In this document: positions 6,729-16,734 of the stretch, in pieces
Layout: each line of letters begins with the position of its first letter
How positions within the stretch are numbered: position 1 is the stretch's first letter
Virus record (IMG/VR): IMGVR_UViG_3300030333_002313
Direction: 5' to 3' (one strand)
Source of the DNA: an uncultured virus (IMG/VR IMGVR_UViG_3300030333_002313)
Taxonomy: Duplodnaviria; Heunggongvirae; Uroviricota; Caudoviricetes
Length of the DNA: 64,000 bases
Notes under the pieces: model-generated
Database searches by the model: none
Seen by the model: the letters and a program-made list of their open reading frames with translations, nothing else
What the model was told of the DNA's origin: nothing
Program-made: the position numbers and the translations under genes

Positions 6729-6994
6729 CTAGGTAGGTAAAAGATCAACCAAGATAAAGTCCAAAAGACTACCAAGGCTGCTATGTGTATCAGTCTATTA
6801 CCATTAACTATTAATCCTAATGTGACAAGTCCCATCCAAACATAATCTAATGTACCGTGGAACCTATACCATATGTTCTCACCAAATCTATCAATGAAAC
6901 CTTGTCTACGATTTGCAAACCAAGGTGACACGTGTCTCATCATAACAAAACCTTCGTTAAAAAACATAACGAAGAATCCAATCCAAAAAATCAT
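6713..6994 (-). CDS. Small multi-TM membrane protein
   Basis: Three hydrophobic segments; ATGA coupling to nrdB. Confidence 0.75.
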   Translation of the reverse strand: MIFWIGFFVMFFNEGFVMMRHVSPWFANRRQGFIDRFGENIWYRFHGTLDYVWMGLVTLGLIVNGNRLIHIAALVVFWTLSWLIFYLPRWMKR

Positions 6995-8157
6995 AGTTTA
7001 AATCCTGAGAAGGTGTCCTTCTTAACGTCTTGTTTGATGCCACCGACAACATAAGATTCAATCTCTGTTTCCTGTGGTGCATTCTGTTGACCTTTAGAGT
7101 TCAACCAATGCTCTGTCCAAGGTAATGGATTGTTACGTGCAGGTACATCATAGACAGGTGCGATACCTACTGCTTTCATACGTTTGTTAGCAATCCACTC
7201 AACATATTTCTCTAGCAGTCTAGCATTAAGACCAATCATAGTACCATCTTTAAAGAGATACTCTGCCCACTCCTTCTCCTCTTCGACTGCGTTCTTAAAC
7301 ATATTGATTACGTTATCCTTTTCCTCTTTAATAATCTCACTCATCACAGGATCATCACCTTGATCCCAATACTTTAGGATCTGTTGTGTGAGTACAAGAT
7401 GCTGTGACTCATCTCGTGAAATTAAACTAATGATCTTTGCACTTCCTTCCATAAACTTTAGTTCACCGAAGGCAAAGCTACAAGCAAATGATACGTAGAA
7501 TCTAATACCTTCAAGGATATTAACATTCATAACTGCACGATACAATGCACGTTTTAGATCTTTCATAGACCATTGTGCATTGATATGATCTCGCCAATCA
7601 TCTCTCCAGTTATTACTCTGACCCCACTCACTTGCAAGTTGAATGAACTCATCATATGCTCTAGTGACTGACTGTGCACGTGACATAATCCTATCATCTT
7701 CAAGAATAGTATCGAAGACTTCAGATGGATTAGGATATACATTCTTAATAATATATGTGTATGATCTGCTATGGATAGTCTCCATAAACTGCCATACATT
7801 CATAGCACCTTCCAGTTCAGGTAGTGCTACGTAAGGTAAAAATGCCATACCAGGTGCACGTCCTTGTACTGAGTCAAGTAGTATCTGGTACTTTAAATTG
7901 CTTGTAAATATATGTTTTTGTGCTGAAGTTAACTGAGTATAGTCTGCTCTATCTTTCTGTAATGAAACCTCTTCAGGTCTCCAGAAATAACCTAACATTT
8001 GTGTTGTTAACTTATCAAATACAGGGTACTTGTACTCATCGTACCTCTGTACACCCAAGGGTTTACCAAAAAACATTGGTTGTTTAGTATTGTCGTGAAT
8101 GTCACGATTGAATACAGTCACACCTTGGACATCAGATTTTACAGGACTCACAGTCAT
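6991..8157 (-). CDS. nrdB: Class Ia ribonucleotide reductase beta subunit
   Basis: FWRPEEV, ETIHSRSY, EGIRFYVSF, DESQH; GGAGG SD favours start 8157. Confidence 0.98.
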   Translation of the reverse strand: MTVSPVKSDVQGVTVFNRDIHDNTKQPMFFGKPLGVQRYDEYKYPVFDKLTTQMLGYFWRPEEVSLQKDRADYTQLTSAQKHIFTSNLKYQILLDSVQGRAPGMAFLPYVALPELEGAMNVWQFMETIHSRSYTYIIKNVYPNPSEVFDTILEDDRIMSRAQSVTRAYDEFIQLASEWGQSNNWRDDWRDHINAQWSMKDLKRALYRAVMNVNILEGIRFYVSFACSFAFGELKFMEGSAKIISLISRDESQHLVLTQQILKYWDQGDDPVMSEIIKEEKDNVINMFKNAVEEEKEWAEYLFKDGTMIGLNARLLEKYVEWIANKRMKAVGIAPVYDVPARNNPLPWTEHWLNSKGQQNAPQETEIESYVVGGIKQDVKKDTFSGFKL

Positions 8158-10474
8158 CCTCCACAGTAGCGAGTTCATTAATTAATTCATCAAGAGACTG
8201 CTCTCTTTCTGAAATGTTATCCTTCCATCCAATTGGATGTGCAGGTTCATCAACGTCCTTCTTAGCATCATATGTGTTTTGATAATAAGAAGTCTTCCAT
8301 CCATATCTATAAGTTGTCAACCAGTCCATAGCCATTACTTGCATAGGAACTTCGTTGTCTGGATAGTTCTCTGGATTATAACTCCAGTTACCACTGATCG
8401 CTTGATCAAAGAACTTTTGCATTACTGCTACGATCTTTATGTAACCCTCATTGGATTCCATATCCCATAGCAATGTGTACTTGTTCTTTAGGTGGGGAAA
8501 ACCTGGAACAATCTGCTTAAGCGGTCCTTTCTTTGATTTTTTAACGGACAAGTAGTCTCTAGGTGGTTCGATTCCATTTGTTGCGTTTGACACAATGGAA
8601 CTGCTCTCCGAAGGCATCTGTGCGGACAATGTTGAGTGCCTAAGACCGTAGGTGGTGATATCATTCCGTAAACTATTCCAATCATAATTGTAAGATGGTT
8701 CTGTAATTTCATCTACCTCCTGTTTATATGTATCAATTGGTAGTATACCGTCGTGATATTTGGTACGTTCGAAACCATCACAAGCACCTTTCTCTTGTGC
8801 TAATTTATTAGATGACTTAAGTAAGAAGTATTGGAATGCTTCTGTCAACTGATGTACTAAATCATATGCTTCTTGATCATTATATTTCACACCATTCTTT
8901 GCTAGGTAATGTGCTAATCCTATGAATCCTATGCCTAGAGACCGTCTGTTTTTGGTGCTACGTTCAGCAGCAGCAACAGGATAGTTTTGGTAGTCTATAA
9001 GTTCTTCTAGACCCCTTACAGAGAGGTCACAAAGTTCTTCTAACTCATCTAGGTTCTTAGTTAACTTACCTACATTAATAGCAGATAGAATACACAAAGC
9101 AATCTCAGCATCAGCATCATCAATGTGTTGAATAGGATCTGTAGGTAGAGTAATCTCCTGACAGAGGTTACTCATATAAACTTTATCTTTGAACGAACTA
9201 TGTGAATTACAATGATCGATATTCATAATGTAAATACGACCAGTCTCTGCTCTCTCCTTCAAGAGATCAATGATTAATTCTTGTGCCTTGACAGTCTTCT
9301 TAGGAATGCTTTCATCCTGTTCATATCGTTCGTAAAGTTCATTAAAACTATCAGTGCCAAAAGATTCATACAAACCTGGAACGGTGTTAGGACTAAAGAG
9401 AGATATCTCTCCATCCTCAATGAACCTCTGGTAGAAGATCTCGCTAGTTTGGATACTGTAGTCGAGCTTTCTAACACGATTGTCTTCTGTGCCTTTATTA
9501 TTTTTAAGTACAAGGATGTCCTCTATTTCTTGGTGCCAGATTGGGAAGTGGACTGTCGCTGACCCACCTCTAATACCGTTCTGAGTACAACATCTAACAG
9601 TGCTTTCGAACTTTTTAAGGAAGGGGACAACACCTGTGTGTTGAACTTCTCCACCCCTGATTTTACTGTTGATACCCCTGATCCTACCTGCGTTGATACC
9701 AATTCCTGCCCTTTGAGCGACATATTTGCCAATAGCCATATCGCTGCTAAAGATACTATCGAGGGTGTCATCAGCATCAACCAGAACACAACTTGCAAAT
9801 TGACGAATGGGGGTTCGAACGCCTGCGAGGACTGGTGTTGGGATGTTGATCTTTCCTTTGGAGGTTGCTGTGTAGTAGCGTCTGACATAATCGAGTCTGG
9901 TTTCTGGGTCATAGTTTTGGAACAGCGTTGCTGCTACCATAATGTACATATATTGTGGGGTCTCATAGAGAGTTCCAGTTGACCTATCCTGTACTAGATA
10001 CTTGTCAACAATCTGACGGAGACCTGCAAAGGTGAATCCATAATCACGTTGGTGATCAATGAAACCATTAATTAGATTCCACTCACCTTCACTATACTTA
10101 TCTAGAATACTAGCATCATATACACCATCTTCAACACACTTCTCTACGTGGTCTTTAAGGTGTGTGTAACCTGTTTCATCTGCCCAACCAGGAAATACTT
10201 CCCTACGAATATCAAAGAGCAACAGACGTGCTGCTACGTACTGATAGTTGGGTGTCTCTGTACTAATAAGATCACTCGCTGACCTGATTAGAATCTGTTG
10301 AATCTCTGAGGATTTAATGCCATCAAAGAATTGAAGATTGGCATTCATTTCGATCTGACTAGCAGATACACCTGCCAGATCTTCGCAAGAAAATTCACAC
10401 ATCCTGTGAATCTTATCAAGAGTAAGAGGTTCGATGCTACCGTCCCTCTTAATTACTTTCATTCCTCCGTTCAT
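8132..10474 (-). CDS. nrdA: Class Ia ribonucleotide reductase alpha subunit
   Basis: ATP cone VIKRDG, FASCVL, SNLCQEI and C-terminal CESCKI. Confidence 0.99.
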   Translation of the reverse strand: MNGGMKVIKRDGSIEPLTLDKIHRMCEFSCEDLAGVSASQIEMNANLQFFDGIKSSEIQQILIRSASDLISTETPNYQYVAARLLLFDIRREVFPGWADETGYTHLKDHVEKCVEDGVYDASILDKYSEGEWNLINGFIDHQRDYGFTFAGLRQIVDKYLVQDRSTGTLYETPQYMYIMVAATLFQNYDPETRLDYVRRYYTATSKGKINIPTPVLAGVRTPIRQFASCVLVDADDTLDSIFSSDMAIGKYVAQRAGIGINAGRIRGINSKIRGGEVQHTGVVPFLKKFESTVRCCTQNGIRGGSATVHFPIWHQEIEDILVLKNNKGTEDNRVRKLDYSIQTSEIFYQRFIEDGEISLFSPNTVPGLYESFGTDSFNELYERYEQDESIPKKTVKAQELIIDLLKERAETGRIYIMNIDHCNSHSSFKDKVYMSNLCQEITLPTDPIQHIDDADAEIALCILSAINVGKLTKNLDELEELCDLSVRGLEELIDYQNYPVAAAERSTKNRRSLGIGFIGLAHYLAKNGVKYNDQEAYDLVHQLTEAFQYFLLKSSNKLAQEKGACDGFERTKYHDGILPIDTYKQEVDEITEPSYNYDWNSLRNDITTYGLRHSTLSAQMPSESSSIVSNATNGIEPPRDYLSVKKSKKGPLKQIVPGFPHLKNKYTLLWDMESNEGYIKIVAVMQKFFDQAISGNWSYNPENYPDNEVPMQVMAMDWLTTYRYGWKTSYYQNTYDAKKDVDEPAHPIGWKDNISEREQSLDELINELATVEDDCESCKI

Positions 10475-11463
10475 ACTTTTTTCCACTGTGATAGTTTTAA
10501 TTTTGCTTGCAGTCCTTTGTACGTATTTGATTGTACTAGAGTCTGCACGTTTTGTCCACCCAACACCATATCGTTGATGTCCTTTTCAACAATTCCATCT
10601 GGCCAGATGACTACTTTGTCACCTCTGTCGATGGCTGCTTCGATTCTATCGACGATTTGTCTGTTACGAGGTTCGTTATCATAAACCCAAATATAATCGC
10701 TCCAACCAAGCGACCTAATATTAACGTCAGACCCAGCCATCGCAACGGAATTGCCCAAGAAGAGCGAGTCGATTGGTCCTTCGACAATGTAGATTGGTTT
10801 GTCATAATGAATGCGGTCGATACCGAATAGTTTTGGTTTGCCCTCGTTAAAGATGATAGTTATATAACGTAACTTCGACACAGGATCTAAAGATCTTCCT
10901 TGTAACCCGAACATTTTACCACCCTCATCCTTAAGAGGGATGATGATTCGGGGTTGATCATTCTTCAAACTATCGAAGGTTTGTTTTACCGAGTTTACAT
11001 ACTGTTTGAAGTGATCAGCGTAATACAAATGTTCCAATTTATCGATTGGAATCTTACGTTGTTCAAGATATTCACGTGCTGGATGTTCTTTATTTAGCGA
11101 TGCAATATTTGGGAGGTTAATGCTAGTTTTAAACTTTGGTTTTGATGTTTTGATTACAGGATTTGGTGCCCTTCTATGCTTACCTGTGAGTCCTTCTTTA
11201 TATCTTTCCAGCACAAATTCATCAAACAAATCACGTGCGTGATCTTTGAGGAAATTACCTAGAGTTCTACCAACACCACAGTTGTGGCACTTGTATATTA
11301 AATCGTTCTGCTTGAGAAAAAAATACCCCCGAGCCTTACTCTTGTGCTTCTCTGAGTCACCACAGTAAGGACAACGGAAGTTGTATAATCCTGGTTTCTT
11401 TTCTTTAAACTTGTCAAGTCGTCCACCTACTAGGCGAGCGTACTTGACATCAATAAAACTCAC
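10471..11463 (-). CDS. gp61: DNA primase (T4 gp61)
   Basis: Zn finger CPYCGD..CHNC; TOPRIM EGPIDS and YDNE. Confidence 0.97.
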   Translation of the reverse strand: MSFIDVKYARLVGGRLDKFKEKKPGLYNFRCPYCGDSEKHKSKARGYFFLKQNDLIYKCHNCGVGRTLGNFLKDHARDLFDEFVLERYKEGLTGKHRRAPNPVIKTSKPKFKTSINLPNIASLNKEHPAREYLEQRKIPIDKLEHLYYADHFKQYVNSVKQTFDSLKNDQPRIIIPLKDEGGKMFGLQGRSLDPVSKLRYITIIFNEGKPKLFGIDRIHYDKPIYIVEGPIDSLFLGNSVAMAGSDVNIRSLGWSDYIWVYDNEPRNRQIVDRIEAAIDRGDKVVIWPDGIVEKDINDMVLGGQNVQTLVQSNTYKGLQAKLKLSQWKKV

Positions 11464-11849
11464 ATACCCTTTTCAACTGGTACTATGTTACTTGGTTGAA
11501 TTGATTGTGTCAAGTTCCTTAGGACCGATTGTCCGATTGGACTAACGATGACAGATATAACACTAAGAGCACCAAAAATAGACCACATCTTCTTTTCCAT
11601 CGTGCGAAGACGGTCATCGACTTTACGGATGTCTCTTTCACATCCTTTCTTAATCTCATCTGATCTCCTGTTCACTTCCCTATGTACTGACTCTATCTTC
11701 TCAAAGAGTACTGCATCAATTCTGTCTTGCTTATCTAACTTCTCATTATGAACAGCAAGAAGTTCTCCCATACGAGTGGAATTTTCTGAGAGTTTATCAA
11801 CGACCCTCTCCAGTCGTTCTATAATAGCACTATTAATATCAGACATCAC
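11460..11849 (-). CDS. Coiled-coil protein with a C-terminal TM segment
   Basis: Heptad pattern followed by WSIFGALSVISVIVSPIG. Confidence 0.7.
   Translation of the reverse strand: MMSDINSAIIERLERVVDKLSENSTRMGELLAVHNEKLDKQDRIDAVLFEKIESVHREVNRRSDEIKKGCERDIRKVDDRLRTMEKKMWSIFGALSVISVIVSPIGQSVLRNLTQSIQPSNIVPVEKGM
11485..11513 (-). promoter_or_regulatory. sigma70-like promoter for primase-nrdAB
   Basis: TTGACA-N17-TAACAT. Confidence 0.6.
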
Positions 11850-12511
11850 ATTGCTGCTCTACGCTTATCCCAATAATACTTTAATACATCAGCAGGATAT
11901 ACTCTAGTGATTGTTAAATGCTTTAGTTTCTCTGGTCTGTATATCTTTCTAAGTTCAATCTTCACCTCAGCAGGTGACTTACCATAGTATATAAACTCCA
12001 TACATCCAGGACAGGTAGGACTATCACACCTGACTTTGAATGGTAAGTAACGTGGGTTACCTGATGACGCTGCATCATCTGGTTGTCTTCCTTCTTTTAC
12101 ATTACTCTTGACACGACAGTCAATTCCATTCACACCATCTTTACTTGTCTTACACTTATACTTAAGTGCTTTCTTTGCTCCCTTACCTCTAGGTTGTTTC
12201 TGTGTACCACCTAAAGGTTGGTCTAGTCCTGCAACAGGACCATTACTATCAGCATCATTACTAAAACCTGCAGGATCTGAACCTGCACTCATTGTTGGTG
12301 CATCCTCTAACAAGGATGTTATCTCACGATTTCTAAAATAATTAATAATTGAATCATCAATACCTTCTTTTACTTTCTCTGGCAATCCTTTATGTTTGGT
12401 ACCAGCAAAGTCACGTGCCACCTTTCTACTAACACCTTCCTTCTTCCTCTCGTCTGGGTTAGACAGGAGGTAACCAAAGAATCTTTGTTGTGCTTTTGAC
12501 TTAGCTGGCAT
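11846..12511 (-). CDS. Modular hypothetical protein with a DUF3008-like N-terminus
   Basis: MPAKSKAQQRFFG...TKHKGLPEK; segments separated by VKE/LLE. Confidence 0.7.
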   Translation of the reverse strand: MPAKSKAQQRFFGYLLSNPDERKKEGVSRKVARDFAGTKHKGLPEKVKEGIDDSIINYFRNREITSLLEDAPTMSAGSDPAGFSNDADSNGPVAGLDQPLGGTQKQPRGKGAKKALKYKCKTSKDGVNGIDCRVKSNVKEGRQPDDAASSGNPRYLPFKVRCDSPTCPGCMEFIYYGKSPAEVKIELRKIYRPEKLKHLTITRVYPADVLKYYWDKRRAAM

Positions 12512-12882
12512 TATATTTCAGATAATTGTTTGCTTACTACAGGATCAATCTCTACATAATCTAACGTCCCGCAACCGCTTTCAGGATACCTATTGATGTA
12601 CACCAGATAGGTTTTCAGTATATCCCAGTACTGTTTCTCTAGTTTATAAACAAGTAGGGGGATAGCTGCCTCACCAAATACATTAAAAAGTACTATAAGA
12701 TGATTCAATATCAGATGATTACGTAACACCCCAGTCTTAACATACCTTCCAAAGAGTCGCTTGAGATACTTAAACCTCATCATATCTTCAAGGAAGTCAT
12801 CGTATGTCACAGACTGGGGGTTGTCGTAATGCTTCATTGCGAAGAACAAGAAGTTCTCCGCATTGAGATTACTAAAATTCAT
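12511..12882 (-). CDS. Conserved T4-like hypothetical protein
   Basis: AMKHYDNP...EDMMRFKYLKRL...LILNHLIVLFNVFG, a pattern typical of marine T4-like phages. Confidence 0.8.
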   Translation of the reverse strand: MNFSNLNAENFLFFAMKHYDNPQSVTYDDFLEDMMRFKYLKRLFGRYVKTGVLRNHLILNHLIVLFNVFGEAAIPLLVYKLEKQYWDILKTYLVYINRYPESGCGTLDYVEIDPVVSKQLSEI

Positions 12883-12898
12883 ACCAAATTAAATAAAA

Positions 12899-13726
12899 TT
12901 AACTACCAAATGTTAGCGTCGCAGCTCCATTTGTATACTTAGTCTCAGCACCCTTACTGGAGTTAAGAACACAACGATACTTGTAACCGTTTAATGTAGT
13001 ACCACCTAGACTACTATAAGCAAGTGTTGCTGTAGTGAAGTCTGCGTATGTGATACCAGTATCAAGGTCAGCCTTAATGTCTACCCAACGAGTAGTTGCA
13101 TTTGCTGTCTGACGTTGCCACTTGTATGTGATAGTACCTGACTGATCCACTGTTGCAGCAGCAACGAATGTTCCAGCACCACTAGAGGATGTAGAGTTTG
13201 CAGGTTGTGTACCGACTGTGATTGTCTCGTTGACATCAGCGTCAATAGTATCCTGAGCAAAGTCACCTGCTGAACCAGCAGCAACCTTGAGGGGAACTAA
13301 ACACTCTGCCTTGTGACGCTCGGTACCATTATATGTTTGATAAGTTTGATACAACCACCAACCAGGTCCAGTGATACCACGAGTTTTGTTTGATGCGATA
13401 CCATCTTCAGATGTATCAACAAAAACTAAATCGTAGTTTGTGTTACTGTCACCACCTTTGATGACATATTCTGCAACTGCTTTAGGAGGTGTTCTCCTTA
13501 TAACGGATGCAGCAGCAACTGTTGCTGTGCTTCCTGCATAATTCTTGTGCAATTCTATTGATGTAGTACTGGTTACTTGCTTAACAATATAGTTTACACT
13601 TGAAATGTTAAGCACATCACCTACAACAACAGTGTCCGCAGCATTCTTAGATACTGTAGCATCACCATTGGTGACACCTATAGTATTACTAAAGGCTGCA
13701 GCATCTATTTTTCCGTGGACTGCCAT
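12899..13726 (-). CDS. Virion structural protein with a C-terminal Ig-like domain
   Basis: ITVGTQP...ITYKWQR...NGYKYRCV Ig pattern; late box TATAAATA at 13762-13769. Confidence 0.75.
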   Translation of the reverse strand: MAVHGKIDAAAFSNTIGVTNGDATVSKNAADTVVVGDVLNISSVNYIVKQVTSTTSIELHKNYAGSTATVAAASVIRRTPPKAVAEYVIKGGDSNTNYDLVFVDTSEDGIASNKTRGITGPGWWLYQTYQTYNGTERHKAECLVPLKVAAGSAGDFAQDTIDADVNETITVGTQPANSTSSSGAGTFVAAATVDQSGTITYKWQRQTANATTRWVDIKADLDTGITYADFTTATLAYSSLGGTTLNGYKYRCVLNSSKGAETKYTNGAATLTFGS

Positions 13727-13773
13727 TGGTATCTCCAGAGATTTGTTACTGTTCTATGTTTTATTTATATGGA

Positions 13774-13962
13774 CTAAGATTCGAGTAGTGCCTTAGCAAC
13801 TGCAGCGACGAGTTCATCGTCAACTTTATTCTCGGTCTTAGCTGCTGCTTTCTTAAGCAACTTAATTACAAAGTCCTTAATTACAGAGTCAAGATCTTCA
13901 GGTATCCTATCAACTGCTTTGTTGATGATACTGATAGCGATGGGCATTAAAAAATTAATCAT
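13774..13962 (-). CDS. Small helical hypothetical protein
   Basis: 62 aa, KTENKVDDELV motif. Confidence 0.7.
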   Translation of the reverse strand: MINFLMPIAISIINKAVDRIPEDLDSVIKDFVIKLLKKAAAKTENKVDDELVAAVAKALLES

Positions 13963-13995
13963 AGCTCTAAGGCAAGTTCCTAAGAGTATATATGA

Positions 13996-14298
13996 TCAAT
14001 CAGGAGTAAACTTTTTATTCTTGTAGTATCCCCATTTACCACCTGACAGGGCACGTACTCCCTTCTTAGGATCTCTCCTAGATTTCTTTAACTCTTCACT
14101 CTTTTTGTTATCTAATTCCTTCTTAAACGCTCTCCAATCCTTACCGACCTTCTTACCGTGTTGCATACGAAGTTTCTGCTCGGTATTCTTATCCTCGTTA
14201 TCTTGTATCCTCTTCTTTGTTTTAGCATCATTGAACTGTTGTAAAACACGCTCATCAAATTGAGCCATAGGACCTAAGTCATCGGGTAACCAACTCAT
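13996..14298 (-). CDS. Basic hypothetical protein
   Basis: 100 aa; ATGA coupling to the upstream gene. Confidence 0.7.
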   Translation of the reverse strand: MSWLPDDLGPMAQFDERVLQQFNDAKTKKRIQDNEDKNTEQKLRMQHGKKVGKDWRAFKKELDNKKSEELKKSRRDPKKGVRALSGGKWGYYKNKKFTPD

Positions 14299-16280
14299 TT
14301 TACTCTCTTGCCTCCTTTATATCTTCTCTTTGATACTAGCACAGCATTGTCCCCATATTTTTTCTTGAGGTCACTTATTACAGTGTCCAATGCCTTGTCA
14401 GAGTTTTTCTTCTTGGTCATCTTATCATTACCACTGTGCTTTCCACCACCTGATGATGGTCTAGGTCTACCATCATCGTACCCTATACCATACTTAACAA
14501 GTTTGTCATCTCTCATACGATCATAACCTTCTTCACCTAGCACATCACCTTCAGGTGTGTAACTTGCTGCCATTGCTTGATAAGGAACTGCCTTTCTATC
14601 AGCAATCTTCTTCTTCTCTACAGCATCCTTATGACGGTTCATTCCCATTTTTATCGCACCACTAATACCCTTACCAACTGCCCTGTTAAATTTGTGTTGA
14701 TCGAGTTTTTGATTTGTTTTATCAGGAGCAGCTTGTTCCTTTACTTCTTTCTTCTTCTTATCTTTGTCAGCGTGATACTTACGGAACGCAGGTAGTGGTG
14801 AGTCCTTTGCGTCTCCACCCTTACTGATACGTTTCTTCTCTAGTCTTGCAAGTATATCTGCAATATCTTTAGACTCTTTAGTAACTGCAGTGGTCTTCTT
14901 AGCAACTGGTTTCTTGTTTCCACCTGTTATTTTATCAATTTTTTGACCTATAGAACCACCAGTTCTTGTGCCAGCAACATCACCTGCAACTGACCCTGCT
15001 ATTCCTCCTGCTATACCACCTGCAGCAGTACCTGCAACAGGTACGACACTACCTGCAGCACCTGCAGCTGCACTACCTCCTATACCACCAGCAATACTTC
15101 CAGTAACACCACCTACAACTCTACCTGCTTTTTCAAATTTACCTGGTTTTTCAGACTTTTTATAAGTTAATCCACCTGCAGTAGCAAGACCTTCGTTAGT
15201 TTCTACTTTCTTTTGTGGAAGACTTAAATTCTTTGCGTGACGTTCACCTGCTTTACTAGCTCTATCCTTAGCACCCTTAAGTGCTCCTTTACCATATTCA
15301 ACAGCAGTTTCTTTAGCAGCTGTTGCTGCATATTTACCTGCTGCCTTTACAGCGTAACCACCTTTTTTACCACCAACTTTTATTCCTTGACGAACAGCCC
15401 ACTTACCAGCTTGTTTTGAACCTTGAGTTATAGCTGTACCAATACCAGGAGCTTCAGTTAATTCTACCTCTTCCTTTACCTTCTTCTTTGATGTACCAGC
15501 TAACTTGTTACCTGTTACAGCACCTGCTACAGCACCTGCAGTACCACCAATTGCTTTACCTACAGTCTTACCAACCATACCACCAACAACAGGAACCGTT
15601 GCTTTACCTACTGCCTTTCCAATTTCACCACCAGCTACACGACCAGCTTTAGCACCTACTGCATATCCTGCACCAGAACCAATTGCCTTACGAACCTTAT
15701 CACCTTTCTTTGCAGTCGCTGCTCCAGCAGTTCCAGCTAGAGTTGTTCCTACAAATTCTTTAATGTTCTTTCTGTTTGAATGATGTGATGGGTCACCAAA
15801 TGCAGGGTTGTTTCTATACTCTGGTTTCTGTTTCTTCTTTTCTGCTTCTAATTTCTTTGCTTTAGCATCAAGGTATTTTTTCATAACACCACTTGCTTTC
15901 CCAGATCCTTTATAGAGACCGTAAGCTGTTCCTTCGGTTTCTAATACTGGTTTGTCACCTTTAATCTTCTTATGTCCACGATCTGAACGATGAAGAGCAC
16001 GTCTTAATTTACCGTGACCTGCTTGGTTCCAATTAACACCAAACTTACGAATGTTTCTCTCCTTCTCTTTTGTTTCAGGAGATTTACCAGCATCTACCTT
16101 AGCTTCAGAGAAATTCTGTTCAGGTGCACTAGAGTTAGGGTCACCAACCTGATTGTTCTCCTTTCTGTACTTAACAGACTTAACTTTAAGTGCAGACTTA
16201 CGATCTAACTTTGCTTGTGCTATAGCATCAGCTTGCTTCTTGTTAGCAACAGCTTCATTAAAGGCTTTAAAACTTTTCAT
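14295..16280 (-). CDS. Putative internal head polyprotein with glycine-zipper and Lys-rich modules
   Basis: N-terminus MKSFKAFNEA resembles the T4 capsid-targeting sequence; repeated x-x-E junctions. Confidence 0.65.
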   Translation of the reverse strand: MKSFKAFNEAVANKKQADAIAQAKLDRKSALKVKSVKYRKENNQVGDPNSSAPEQNFSEAKVDAGKSPETKEKERNIRKFGVNWNQAGHGKLRRALHRSDRGHKKIKGDKPVLETEGTAYGLYKGSGKASGVMKKYLDAKAKKLEAEKKKQKPEYRNNPAFGDPSHHSNRKNIKEFVGTTLAGTAGAATAKKGDKVRKAIGSGAGYAVGAKAGRVAGGEIGKAVGKATVPVVGGMVGKTVGKAIGGTAGAVAGAVTGNKLAGTSKKKVKEEVELTEAPGIGTAITQGSKQAGKWAVRQGIKVGGKKGGYAVKAAGKYAATAAKETAVEYGKGALKGAKDRASKAGERHAKNLSLPQKKVETNEGLATAGGLTYKKSEKPGKFEKAGRVVGGVTGSIAGGIGGSAAAGAAGSVVPVAGTAAGGIAGGIAGSVAGDVAGTRTGGSIGQKIDKITGGNKKPVAKKTTAVTKESKDIADILARLEKKRISKGGDAKDSPLPAFRKYHADKDKKKKEVKEQAAPDKTNQKLDQHKFNRAVGKGISGAIKMGMNRHKDAVEKKKIADRKAVPYQAMAASYTPEGDVLGEEGYDRMRDDKLVKYGIGYDDGRPRPSSGGGKHSGNDKMTKKKNSDKALDTVISDLKKKYGDNAVLVSKRRYKGGKRVK

Positions 16281-16732
16281 TAGTGAGCGTGCTCCTGTTC
16301 TACAAGTACTTCAAAGTCCTCAATAGATACCTTCTCATAGAGGTTACCTGACTCATCCACGAGGTCATAATGAAATACTTTATAAGATCCATCCTCTTGC
16401 TCCACTAGATCGTGAGCACCAGGAACGGTCTCGCATACACCGAACTCTTTATGTTCGACATACTTAGCACAAAGGTGCTTGGGTGTTTTACCTGTGACAC
16501 TTTTGGTTATCTTCTTCCTTTTATTAAGGAGATATGTGTCACTATTGTCCTTGTCACCATCGTTATCGATGTCTTTATCTTCCTTCCCTACAGGATCGAG
16601 CTTCTTCTTAGCTGCTTCACGCAGACTGTCAACTTCACTACGAAGTAATCTCTTAATGTCTTCTTTCATAAGATCGTCCTTTTTGGGGTTAACAATTACG
16701 GTGGTTTTTTTACCCTTCACCTTTTTAGCCAT
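16280..16732 (-). CDS. Putative virion protein with a DxDxDG loop
   Basis: LDPVGKEDKDIDNDGDKD motif. Confidence 0.65.
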   Translation of the reverse strand: MAKKVKGKKTTVIVNPKKDDLMKEDIKRLLRSEVDSLREAAKKKLDPVGKEDKDIDNDGDKDNSDTYLLNKRKKITKSVTGKTPKHLCAKYVEHKEFGVCETVPGAHDLVEQEDGSYKVFHYDLVDESGNLYEKVSIEDFEVLVEQEHAH

Positions 16733-16734
16733 AG

